The notes: generated by a model from the letters alone, not told the origin. A stretch of DNA of 51,005 nucleotides from an uncultured Candidatus Saccharibacteria bacterium (GCA_964459635.1 CAYWMQ010000005.1:1-51005), one strand, 5' to 3'; positions 27,645-36,509 are shown, counted from the first letter of the stretch. Numbers and translations: made by a program.

Positions 27645-29333
27645 TTACCCGGATGCCTCAGGAGCCATCGGCAGCTCCACCGTAAACGTGCTTCCCTTCC
27701 CCACTCCCTCTGATGCCACGTGTATCCAGCCCTCATGGGCTTTCATTATTTCCTTGGCAATGTAGAGCCCAAGCCCTGTGCCGTGCACATTGGCGGTGTT
27801 TGCGTTGCTGCCCCTGTTAAACTTGTGGAAGAGCCGCACAACGTCATCGGGTGCAATGCCGATGCCTGTGTCGCTGATATCTACGAATACCTTGCGTGCT
27901 GCAGTGTCTGTGCGGAGCCGTACTTCTATGCCGCCCTGCGGTGTGTACTTAATGGCGTTGTCCACGAGGTTACTGAATATCTGCTTAAGCTTATCAATAT
28001 CGCAGTGCGCCCACGCGGGCTCAGCCGGCGCTTCTGTCAGGGTGAGTGTCAAGCCCTTATGTTGGGCGACTACGCGCAAATCTTCAACCGCGCTGTGCAC
28101 GATGTCGTAGACGTTGTGACGTTCCATGTTGAAGCTCATGTGGCCCTGCTCTATGCGGGTTACATTCAAAAAGTCGTCCACTATCATAGCCAAGCTTTTT
28201 CCCGCTTCGAGTAGCCGCGCTACCTGCGGCTTGAGTGCATCCGGCACAGGGCCGTATGATCCTTCAAGTATGAGTGATGCTTGCCAGCTGATGGCCGTGG
28301 TGGGGCTCCTAAGCTGGTGGCTAGCAATGGACACGAACTCGGTCTTTTGCTGGTCTAGGTCGCGCAGGCGTGCATTTGCGTTTGCGAGGTAGCGGGCCAG
28401 CCGCTCCGTTTTTTGGCGCAGCTCTATTTCTTGGCGGACGCTACGGATAAGAAAGTAGCCGAGTGTGCCGCTACTGAGAAGTGTGATTACCGCAATAACC
28501 TGTGATACAAACGACTTAACGACCAGCACAAGCGATCCATTCAGAATGACCAGCGCAATCACGAGGGCATTTGATGCGATAAGGCCGGTGTTAAAGGCTT
28601 TATACCGCACCATGAGCGCGGCGAGCATTCCCATGAAAAACACCATTCCAAGAAAGCTGTACATTTCCAAACGGCTGTCCGCCAGTATGCCATGCGTGGT
28701 AAGGTATCCCGCTAGGAAGATGACTACGAAGTGAGAGAAAAGAAACAGCTCTATCCCCAAGCCCATAAGTACCATTTGTGCACGTTCGTCCCGCGCCGCA
28801 CGAGAGTAGTGTTTGAGTAACAAAAGTAGAATCCAGACCATTGCCACTACGCCGAAACCGATATGGAAAAACTTGAAAAGCACTCCTTGGAAAAAATACG
28901 CATCACAGTTTGTAATATCAAAACCGCTTACGTTGAGGTTGGTGGGAGCCAAAAGAAAGACGGGCACTACCATGGCCAAAAGGATGCTTTTCAGCCGCAT
29001 CGAGACATCGTGTTTCAGGATAAAAGTGTACGCAAAGTAAATACTTAACACGGATATTAAACATGACAGTACGCGTAGGTATGACCACAAGAAGAGCAGT
29101 AAATCGCTGTTAATGTTCGTCCAAAGGAAGAGATTTATGACCGTGAACGCTACAAAGCTGAGTGAAATTGAAAAAAGCAACTGGTGGAGCAGTACCTTGC
29201 GCCCATTTATATACACGGCGATGCCCACGAGTAACGCAATGATTGCGGTTGGTATGTGCGAATAGTACAACAGTGCCGGAACGTCACTTGAGAAGAGTAT
29301 ATATGTCGGGGGTGAAAAGAGATTGCAGATCAT
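27645..29333 (-). CDS. sensor histidine kinase with a multi-TM N-terminal sensor
   Basis: About 8 TM helices, H-box SHQLRSPTTAI, N-box DNAIKYT, and G-boxes DTGIGI and GTGLGLYIAKEI. Confidence 0.85.
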   Translation of the reverse strand: MICNLFSPPTYILFSSDVPALLYYSHIPTAIIALLVGIAVYINGRKVLLHQLLFSISLSFVAFTVINLFLWTNINSDLLLFLWSYLRVLSCLISVLSIYFAYTFILKHDVSMRLKSILLAMVVPVFLLAPTNLNVSGFDITNCDAYFFQGVLFKFFHIGFGVVAMVWILLLLLKHYSRAARDERAQMVLMGLGIELFLFSHFVVIFLAGYLTTHGILADSRLEMYSFLGMVFFMGMLAALMVRYKAFNTGLIASNALVIALVILNGSLVLVVKSFVSQVIAVITLLSSGTLGYFLIRSVRQEIELRQKTERLARYLANANARLRDLDQQKTEFVSIASHQLRSPTTAISWQASLILEGSYGPVPDALKPQVARLLEAGKSLAMIVDDFLNVTRIEQGHMSFNMERHNVYDIVHSAVEDLRVVAQHKGLTLTLTEAPAEPAWAHCDIDKLKQIFSNLVDNAIKYTPQGGIEVRLRTDTAARKVFVDISDTGIGIAPDDVVRLFHKFNRGSNANTANVHGTGLGLYIAKEIMKAHEGWIHVASEGVGKGSTFTVELPMAPEASG

Positions 29334-29728
29334 ACCTGGCCACTATCGTAGTTATCAGCCTCGTCTACCTCTTCAGTTTGCGGCAAGCTCGCACACTCGT
29401 TTTCCGCAGATGTTCTGTCACAGTATGTGACAGAACATCTGCCCTTGTCTGCCTCGATACATTGCCCTGCGTTAGCACAATCCGTAATATCCGTCCCGCA
29501 CTGTTGCTCCACATTGGGCGCATATTTTTGCACCCGTGCGTAGTAGTAATGTTCCGAGCAAGTGTCGTCTTCACAACCAACAAAACAGCTGTGCACAAGT
29601 GGGTCACATGCCCCTTCGTACACAACCATATAGTCATGCATAACGATAAAGCGAACGTAAGACGCGCACGTTAAATACAACACGCTGAGCAGTAGCACGT
29701 TCCGAAAAAGATTTTCACGAAATGTCAT
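29330..29728 (-). CDS. Cys-rich membrane-anchored/exported protein, hypothetical
   Basis: N-terminal TM helix followed by 10 Cys in about 75 aa and an acidic tail. Its stop overlaps the kinase start (ATGA). Confidence 0.55.
   Translation of the reverse strand: MTFRENLFRNVLLLSVLYLTCASYVRFIVMHDYMVVYEGACDPLVHSCFVGCEDDTCSEHYYYARVQKYAPNVEQQCGTDITDCANAGQCIEADKGRCSVTYCDRTSAENECASLPQTEEVDEADNYDSGQV
29407..29441. repeat. perfect 15-bp inverted repeat with a 5-nt loop inside a CDS
   Basis: CAGATGTTCTGTCAC-AGTAT-GTGACAGAACATCTG. Confidence 0.9.
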
Positions 29729-30029
29729 ACGTCCGCACCTTGTTTTTACTATGGCCGTGTGCAGTCACCAGGGTATGTACAGCTACGCGCTGCTTCACTG
29801 ACTTGTGTTCAATGTGTCGTCACCCACTTTGTATGATTGGCGGGAATGCGCAGCCCGCGTTTATTCCACAGTAGCACGGACGTGCACGTGCCTCCAGCAG
29901 ACGGATGTGCAGATTGCTCAGACGCCACGGACGTTGTGGTTCTTGTGCTGCGCTGTGCACCTGAACACTGTCGCATGGCCAGCGTTTGTGACCCAGACCG
30001 GAGGTGCTGTGCGGACAAGTTTGACAGTG

Positions 30030-30953
30030 TCAGGAGGACGATAAGAGTAGGTATGTACCCACTGCGGTAATTGCGACGGCAGCACCCTTCTGCCATAATC
30101 CCTTAGCATGAATTTTCTCCACGGATACCTTTGGGAAAAATACGGTAAGAATAATGCCGATAGCAAGTACGAATATGGGTTGAAATGAGTTCGCCAAGAG
30201 GACTAGAGAAATAGGTGCAAGCAGATATGCAAAAGAAAAGAGGACGGTTCCAAGCATGTACAGTATTTCGTTAGAGATATTCAGCGTTATTATACGTTTT
30301 GAATTGATGTGAAGGTCGTGCAAAAAATCTTCTCGATATGAGCGCACGAGCGCAAATAGTAGAACGCCGATCACAAACAGTGCGATGTGTTCCCAAAACA
30401 GGGATTGCACTACACTCTCCTCCAGTGCAACCGCTTTGAAGATAACCGACCCAAGTGCCCAAAAGAAACATGCTGCGAGCATGTACCCTACTGTGGCGCC
30501 TTTGACCTTAAAGTGATTTTCTACGTCCACTTCGATAGATACGATGCTGGTTCCTAGAATGATGATGGTCATAGCTGCAAGCTGGGCATGAGTGAGCACT
30601 TCGCCCAGCACAAAGTACCCAAGTATGTACCCAATGACCGGGACGAGCTGATAGAAGACAATGACGATTGATGCCTCATCATCTTTGAGTGCCAAAAAAT
30701 AAAACCACAGCACAAGCACATTGCATAGGCCGACACCGAACAAAATGGCCACATGTAGCGGTTGAATATTAGAGAGGAGCGTGGGGTCAATGGCGAATAG
30801 CACCGGCACCACTAGGACGCTCAAGAATGAAGACACCAGCATCAGGGTTCCCACGCCTCCCCGCTTCAGATACTTCTCTAAAAGTATTTTGTCGATGTGG
30901 TTGCACGTAGCGTACAACAGGGGACCGAAAATGGTGAACAGAAACCAGCTCAT
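30030..30953 (-). CDS. EamA/DMT family transporter
   Basis: 307 aa, ten TM helices in a 5+5 arrangement typical of duplicated EamA domains. Confidence 0.7.
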   Translation of the reverse strand: MSWFLFTIFGPLLYATCNHIDKILLEKYLKRGGVGTLMLVSSFLSVLVVPVLFAIDPTLLSNIQPLHVAILFGVGLCNVLVLWFYFLALKDDEASIVIVFYQLVPVIGYILGYFVLGEVLTHAQLAAMTIIILGTSIVSIEVDVENHFKVKGATVGYMLAACFFWALGSVIFKAVALEESVVQSLFWEHIALFVIGVLLFALVRSYREDFLHDLHINSKRIITLNISNEILYMLGTVLFSFAYLLAPISLVLLANSFQPIFVLAIGIILTVFFPKVSVEKIHAKGLWQKGAAVAITAVGTYLLLSSS

Positions 30954-31930
30954 ACACGGGTTGACACGTTTCCTTTCTGAACTAGTTCAGCGCAGGAACT
31001 TTTTTCGTAGCTGACCGAGTACCTCCTAAGCAGAGCTGCTGGGCGGTAGCTTTGCTTAGATTGTCGTAATCCTTCAATGCCAAGGTCTTGCTGCCAGTTC
31101 CACAATGTTACACCGTGTTGCGTAAGGTGCCGAGCAATCTGGCGATTCAAAAACTCATAGACGCCCTTATATGATTGGTCGGCCTTTACGAAGTGCGAGA
31201 TTGCATATGTGTCGTGTACTAGTTCGTCTATTCCGAACCCTACGACTTCGCCCGCTACCGTGACGGTACTTAGGATGAGTGTATGTTGAGCGGCTGTATT
31301 CATCACGCGCGCCATAGCCTGTGCTTCAAGTGCGGGGGTGCATATTTTAGCCGCGGCCCTTTTGTTGTGCTGCCAGCGGAGGAGTACAGCCTCCAGTTTT
31401 TCTTGAACACCTGGGTTGGACATGTCGCGCACGTCAAACGAAACGTCTGAATACGTCTGGTAAAATGTCTCGGCCAATCTCCTCTTGTTGCGTAGGCGAC
31501 GTCCCCCTAACGCCGCAAGCGTACCGACTGCATAGAGATAATCATGATTTGCATGGTCCTCCTGTACCTCTAAAGGAAAAGAACGAAGCTCGCGCAACGA
31601 GTCGTCAGTAACAAAACGCAGTGTAGGCGATACGTGGAGTGCGGCGGCAGATTCCAACAGTGTGTGTATGGTCTCTTTTACCATGCGCGTCCCCAGAAAA
31701 GCAAAAAAAGGTTCGCCCGTCTCATAGTCGTATAATAGTACTACCAAGTTGCCATGAAGGTCCGCTATCTTGCGCCGAGACGTGGTGTCCCATGCCCACA
31801 GGTTCGTGAAATTAAACGCGGAGTGCGCGGGATACTGACGCGTGTAGGACTCAACGTCAGCCTTGTCTGTGAGCTCAATAGCCTTTAAGTTGGGGAATGC
31901 CGGTAGCATAGTACGTGCAAGCATCTGCAT
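30950..31930 (-). CDS. DUF2156 (MprF C-terminal aminoacyl-PG synthase-like) domain protein
   Basis: LTDKADVESYTRQYPAHSAFNFTNLWAWD start and about 320 aa length resemble standalone DUF2156/LPG_synthase_C proteins. Overlaps the EamA gene by 4 nt. Confidence 0.55.
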   Translation of the reverse strand: MQMLARTMLPAFPNLKAIELTDKADVESYTRQYPAHSAFNFTNLWAWDTTSRRKIADLHGNLVVLLYDYETGEPFFAFLGTRMVKETIHTLLESAAALHVSPTLRFVTDDSLRELRSFPLEVQEDHANHDYLYAVGTLAALGGRRLRNKRRLAETFYQTYSDVSFDVRDMSNPGVQEKLEAVLLRWQHNKRAAAKICTPALEAQAMARVMNTAAQHTLILSTVTVAGEVVGFGIDELVHDTYAISHFVKADQSYKGVYEFLNRQIARHLTQHGVTLWNWQQDLGIEGLRQSKQSYRPAALLRRYSVSYEKSSCAELVQKGNVSTRV

Positions 31931-32223
31931 CGTTTCAGTGCTCGCGCCTCACAGTAGGCGAGAGCGTGGCCTATAGATGCAACGGTTCGGATGCTTTATC
32001 GGGACAACATGTTTCAGTGTGTATACGCCAGTTGCTGTGGCGTGGCTGTAACCTCTACTGTGACGACACGAGTAGTATAACACATATTTTTACATCGTCC
32101 AGTCTGCCCGGTCCCATGGGCTTTGGGTCATCAAACTTCGCATAGAGCGCTTTTTGGCGTATTTGCAAAAATGCCACGTACGGCGCGCAGCAAAGCCCAT
32201 ATCGGTAAGTGATACATACCTCC

Positions 32224-32724
32224 TCACGCCCGTACAAACGCCACAAGTGCGGCAAACGGTGCGACGAGCCAGAGGAAAAAGTATAGTGGGTCCGTGTACA
32301 TGGAGGTGAGCAGAGGAGATGGCACATACAGACCGACAAGTGCATGAGTATGCATCAGAAGGACGGCACAAAGGCCTGTGCAGGCAACAGCAAGCGCAAG
32401 ACACTCAAGGAAGCGCCATACGCCGCGTGCGGGAAAGCCGCCGCTCGTGTAGCGCAAAAGCAGCACGGTGCAAACAAGGAGCGATAGTGCGAAGACACCG
32501 AGCCGCGCATAGCTTGCACCCTGCCCCGTGGCTTCCGCCGCAGCGTAGTACGGAAACGCCATAGTGAAAAAAGCCGCCGGGTAGAGAGCGAGGCAAAACG
32601 CGAGGAGGTGGCGCTTTCCCTTTGTAAGGCCCAGCGCCACAAGCAGCACGACCACTGCGGCGAGTGCGATGAGGTCCGTGGGAAGACTTCCAAAGTATGT
32701 CACAACGTCAGCGTTGTTCGGCAT
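32224..32724 (-). CDS. hypothetical five-TM membrane protein
   Basis: Hydrophobic ORF. AATACT lies 6 nt upstream of the ATG. Confidence 0.5.
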   Translation of the reverse strand: MPNNADVVTYFGSLPTDLIALAAVVVLLVALGLTKGKRHLLAFCLALYPAAFFTMAFPYYAAAEATGQGASYARLGVFALSLLVCTVLLLRYTSGGFPARGVWRFLECLALAVACTGLCAVLLMHTHALVGLYVPSPLLTSMYTDPLYFFLWLVAPFAALVAFVRA

Positions 32725-32826
32725 TACATCAGTATTCTACACCCGAGTTGGCGTTTTTGTGCCATCGGTTGTACACGTCCTGAGGAAATACACGAACTGC
32801 TGAAAAAGTGGACAAAAATATAAATC

Positions 32827-33441
32827 ATGGTAAAGTACACCTGGCTACTGTACAACGCTGTTGCAAGATTAGCGAAAGGAAAACGGATGACCGAAGAATT
32901 CCTCCTCGACAAAAAGGTCGAGGATCAGGTGGAGTCGTTGGGTCTCCTGCCCCGCGGCAAGGAGGTACTCATGCAGGGGCTCCACAAGGCAGCCGGCCCG
33001 TCAAAGTGGTGCACGCGAGTGCTATACGCCATGTATGCCGGGCTCGTCGGTTCGCTCACTCTCGCCTTCATCAATCCCATTGCCGGGCTCATGGAAGCTG
33101 CGGAGTGGGTGCTCATCACGGGCGGTGCAGCTTGTTTGATCTGGATCGCAGCCGTAAGTTACAAGATGTTCACCCTGGAGCGTGAGGCGGATGGCGACAA
33201 AGCGAGCTGGTACCTGCACTGGCACCAGATGTGGGTCTGGCAGAAGAAGCACCTGTCCTGGCCGATACGGGTGGCGGGACTACTTGTACCGTCCGTGCTG
33301 CTGCTCTTCCACAATTACTACGGCTCGGCACTGCTCTACTCCGGCATCGTAGCTGCGGTATGGGTGGTCGGCGCCATAGTGGCAAGCGAAGTCACCGACT
33401 TCCTCACGGAAGAATACGGCGGCAGCACCCAGACATATTAG
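32827..33441 (+). CDS. hypothetical four-TM membrane protein
   Basis: ORF followed by a strong terminator. An alternative start is at 32887 (AAAGGA upstream). Confidence 0.5.
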   Translation: MVKYTWLLYNAVARLAKGKRMTEEFLLDKKVEDQVESLGLLPRGKEVLMQGLHKAAGPSKWCTRVLYAMYAGLVGSLTLAFINPIAGLMEAAEWVLITGGAACLIWIAAVSYKMFTLEREADGDKASWYLHWHQMWVWQKKHLSWPIRVAGLLVPSVLLLFHNYYGSALLYSGIVAAVWVVGAIVASEVTDFLTEEYGGSTQTY

Positions 33442-33455
33442 CGGCCATGCCGCAC

Positions 33456-33487
33456 ACACCCGGGAGCGATCCCGGGTGTATTTTTTC
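33456..33487 (+). terminator. rho-independent terminator
   Basis: ACACCCGGG-AGCGA-TCCCGGGTGT followed by ATTTTTTCT. Confidence 0.75.
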
Positions 33488-33553
33488 TCGTGCACAATGG
33501 TGTGACCGGATAAGGGGTGGCACATAGTCGCGCCACCCCTTATGTCGTTCTAG

Positions 33554-33949
33554 CTAACACAGCCTCGCGGGAGCGAAAGCCATGGTCTGCTGATCGTCGT
33601 AAAGAGCAACACACGCCTTCGTGCACTGCTCGGCGATACGGCTCGCCACAGGCTCCAGTGTGATGTACGAGTCGTACCTCATTCCGCTGACGAGCGCCGG
33701 AATGAAGAGCATAAAGCGCGGCGGAGTTTCCACCGCATACGGCTCGTCGGGAAGCTCCACAAACGTGGCGACCTCACTTTCCTCCAGCATCTGCTTGAGG
33801 GCCGCGAGGATACCACGCGCGAGCGGCGTATGCAGCTCCTGCGCTGCAGATGATCTTGAACGGTTTGCGCGCCTCCATGGCACCCCTCCGCCAGTAACCC
33901 CAAACAGACCCACCTGGTTCCAGTATAGCAAAAAGACCTCATTCACCAC
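33554..33949 (-). CDS. hypothetical protein (131 aa)
   Basis: ORF 34 nt downstream of the ParB-like gene on the same strand, with a GTG start. No family recognised. Confidence 0.45.
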   Translation of the reverse strand: MVNEVFLLYWNQVGLFGVTGGGVPWRRANRSRSSAAQELHTPLARGILAALKQMLEESEVATFVELPDEPYAVETPPRFMLFIPALVSGMRYDSYITLEPVASRIAEQCTKACVALYDDQQTMAFAPARLC

Positions 33950-33983
33950 CCTGTGCTGTGAATCTTGTGCTATTCTCGGCCTG

Positions 33984-34544
33984 TCATAACTCTTCCGTTC
34001 GGTAATTGCGCTCGATCTTGATCGATGGTGGTTTCACAAATGGGCGATTACGTACATTGCTCTTTAAAGTGGTGTCCCTTCTAGGTAGTGTGGCTACGCT
34101 TGTTACGCCCACTTTATCGCACAGTGGCTTCCACACCGCATAGTATTTGCCGATCACCTCCTCTGTACTATGCAGGCCAGCTAGAGCAAGTGAATGTGAC
34201 TCGCCTATATTGTCGTTTGTGATCTCGTGCACTGTTATTGTCCCTGCCCCGTCCGTAGTGGCGTTGACTACGCGATGGTGGCCATCTATGAGCAGAAAAC
34301 GGTCTGCATCGCCATCGACCCCGGGTAGCCGCACCACCTCAGGAGGGGGAAGGTCCTTCTGAGTAGCCACCCTGCCAAGCTGGTAGTACCGTACACCAGA
34401 TGCCTGTATCGGCACTAATGACGAGACCTGCACGCTTATGCATTCCTTTTCTTCATGTTCGACAGGTGCACCCTCTAGCATACAGTGTTTAGAATACCAT
34501 GATATGCTCTGAACGAACTTTGGCGAAACAGAAACAATAGACAC
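33984..34544 (-). CDS. ParB/sulfiredoxin-fold (ParB-like nuclease domain) protein
   Basis: RFLLIDGHHRVVNA motif, with DGHHR encoded at 34272-34286. The GTG at 34544 with GGAAGG upstream is chosen. The upstream part of ORF 33984..34754 is Arg/Cys-rich junk. Confidence 0.5.
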   Translation of the reverse strand: MSIVSVSPKFVQSISWYSKHCMLEGAPVEHEEKECISVQVSSLVPIQASGVRYYQLGRVATQKDLPPPEVVRLPGVDGDADRFLLIDGHHRVVNATTDGAGTITVHEITNDNIGESHSLALAGLHSTEEVIGKYYAVWKPLCDKVGVTSVATLPRRDTTLKSNVRNRPFVKPPSIKIERNYRTEEL

Positions 34545-34695
34545 TGCTACACCTTCCCAAAAAGCTCCTCCATTTCCCGCCGCTACTCGCTCTGCTTCAC
34601 GAGGCGGTACCCCAAGCCCGCACTCACGCCAAACAGGAGGATGTCTGCTCGGCGTTACATCCGATGCCGATGCTGTACGTGTTACGCACGTGCAG

Positions 34696-34860
34696 CTAGT
34701 ATCCCGCTGCACGCAGCCACGCGCCAAGATAGTACGGCCAGATGAGGACCGCAAGCACGCCCTGCCAGAAGGACAGCTGCAGGTAGCCTATGGTAAAAAG
34801 CCATGCTGCCGCCCAGAGACCCGCAAGCGGGGTGTGGTGCTCAACTTTTATCTTTTCCAT
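34696..34860 (-). CDS. 54-aa two-TM miniprotein, hypothetical
   Basis: MEKIKVEHHTPLAGLWAAAWLFTIGYLQLSFWQGVLAVLIWPYYLGAWL. TATCAT lies 7 nt upstream of the ATG. Confidence 0.45.
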   Translation of the reverse strand: MEKIKVEHHTPLAGLWAAAWLFTIGYLQLSFWQGVLAVLIWPYYLGAWLRAAGY

Positions 34861-35014
34861 ATTCTCTATGATAGCGAACGCACGAGCGGTATGCTCGCGC
34901 TTATCCCCATATGCGCACCCTTTTTGCTGGAAATTTGTGAAACCCGGTTTGGCCACACGGTGCTTTGAGCGGTATACTATGCGTACTACTCTTACCATAA
35001 GCTATAGTTCTTCT

Positions 35015-35995
35015 ATGAATCTACGTACATACGCCACCCACTCTCTCACGCTCGGGGCACTCTTCGCGCTCGCAGTGCTTGTGTTCCCCGGCACGAGCAG
35101 TGCGGCCACGCCCTCATGCACCTTTGACCGCGATCTCACCATCGGCATCTTGGGCGAGGACGTGAAGTGCCTTCAAAAGTTCCTCAATGATGCGGGTTAT
35201 AAGCTCACGGATGTTGGCCCCGGCTCGCCCGGCAAAGAGACCGACAAGTTTGGAGCTTTCACGCGTGACGCGCTCGCGCTTTGGCAGAAAGAAAACGGCA
35301 TCACGCCCGCGTCCGGCTACTTCGGCGCACGTACACGCGCACACTTGGCCGGACAGAGCGGTACGGCTCCTGCTGTGCCTGTAACGCCGACTCTACCTAC
35401 GATTCCCGTTAGCACGATCACGCCTCCCGCTGCGCCCGCGCCTATGTCGGGGGATGTGACTTCGCTCCTCAACAGCCTTTCGGGCGCAGACCGTGCGCAA
35501 GCGGAAAGCTTGCTTGCGCTCATTTCCGCACTTGGACTCAATCGCTCAGACGATGATGAGGACAGCGAGGATGAGGAAGAAACAGATGAGCTAAGCGACG
35601 CCACGCGCGACCTCCTTGATGAGCTCCTTGATATCGTGACGGACGCACGCGATTCTCTTGAAGAAGAAGAGTACGAGGATGCGGATGATCTTCTTGATGA
35701 CGCACAGGACGCGATACGTGAGGCGCTTGACGAGGGTGGCTCCGGCAGTGACGCAGAGTCACGCGCAGAGCGCGCTATCAAAGCGGCGAAATCTGCAATT
35801 GCCGATGCGGAGGATGCGATCGACGAGGCAAAGGACGACGATGAGGATACGGATGACGCGGAGGAGTACCTTGCAGATGCAGAAGACGCGCTTGAGGACG
35901 CCGAGGATGCGTTTGAGGATGAGGAGTACGCGGATGCATTGCGGTACGCTCAAGATGCGAAGGAGTACGCTACTGACGCACAGGACGCGCTGTAA
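35015..35995 (+). CDS. secreted peptidoglycan-binding (PG_binding_1) protein with a polyacidic helical tail
   Basis: Signal peptide ending PGTSSA. GEDVKCLQKFLNDAGY...FGAFTRDALALWQKENGI is PGBD-like. The last 160 aa or so are roughly half Asp/Glu. Confidence 0.7.
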   Translation: MNLRTYATHSLTLGALFALAVLVFPGTSSAATPSCTFDRDLTIGILGEDVKCLQKFLNDAGYKLTDVGPGSPGKETDKFGAFTRDALALWQKENGITPASGYFGARTRAHLAGQSGTAPAVPVTPTLPTIPVSTITPPAAPAPMSGDVTSLLNSLSGADRAQAESLLALISALGLNRSDDDEDSEDEEETDELSDATRDLLDELLDIVTDARDSLEEEEYEDADDLLDDAQDAIREALDEGGSGSDAESRAERAIKAAKSAIADAEDAIDEAKDDDEDTDDAEEYLADAEDALEDAEDAFEDEEYADALRYAQDAKEYATDAQDAL

Positions 35996-36011
35996 TCAGA
36001 GGCTCAATACT

Positions 36012-36055
36012 ACGGTAAACGACCACCGACCCTAGGTCTGGTGGTCGTTTACCGT
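36012..36055 (+). terminator. 16-bp perfect hairpin after the acidic-tail gene
   Basis: ACGGTAAACGACCACC-12 nt-GGTGGTCGTTTACCGT. There is no U tract. Confidence 0.45.
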
Positions 36056-36069
36056 ACAGCCCCGAAGGC

Positions 36070-36097
36070 TTGACAAGAGAAAAAGTAAGTGTATACT
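36070..36097 (+). promoter_or_regulatory. sigma70 promoter (TTGACA-16 nt-TATACT)
   Basis: TTGACA at 36070-36075 and TATACT at 36092-36097. Confidence 0.6.
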
Positions 36098-36164
36098 ACG
36101 AGCTGAAATTTGTCCCACCGCGGCATTAAGGTGCCGCGTCGACGGAGGTTGAAAGGACATCGAA

Positions 36165-36416
36165 ATGGGCAATCTAACGTTCTTTGATCGGGAAGTCGAG
36201 GACATTGAGACGGAATGGCCCGAACAGGCCATGGAGCGGGTGCTCGGGACCGGTACAATCGTGGAGACCACGTTCCACATCGATGTGTACCCGCCGGCTC
36301 CAGGTTTTCGTGGCGAAACAAAAGGTTACCGTTTCACGTTCACGTTGGCAGACGGAAAAAAGGCCAGACTACTCTTCGATCCGGACGATATGTACTTCGA
36401 GGAATTGAAGGAGTAA
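36165..36416 (+). CDS. 83-aa acidic hypothetical protein
   Basis: Has its own promoter, a GGAGG/AAGGA ribosome-binding region, and a terminator. Confidence 0.6.
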   Translation: MGNLTFFDREVEDIETEWPEQAMERVLGTGTIVETTFHIDVYPPAPGFRGETKGYRFTFTLADGKKARLLFDPDDMYFEELKE

Positions 36417-36422
36417 CGCCCC

Positions 36423-36458
36423 GCCCCGCTCATCTCGAGCGGGGCATCACCATATTTT
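36423..36458 (+). terminator. rho-independent terminator-like hairpin
   Basis: GCCCCGCTC-ATCTC-GAGCGGGGC followed by ATCACCATATTTT. Confidence 0.55.
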
Positions 36459-36509
36459 CCCAGCGTTTTGACGGATGCGCAGAGGCGTATCTTTCGTTGC
36501 CCCCATCCG

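Noticed and set aside
31984-31994. GGTTCGGATGC, a tRNA T-loop-like string in the 290-bp spacer upstream of the DUF2156 gene.
   Set aside because: The flanking sequence does not form T-arm, acceptor or anticodon stems, so there is no cloverleaf.
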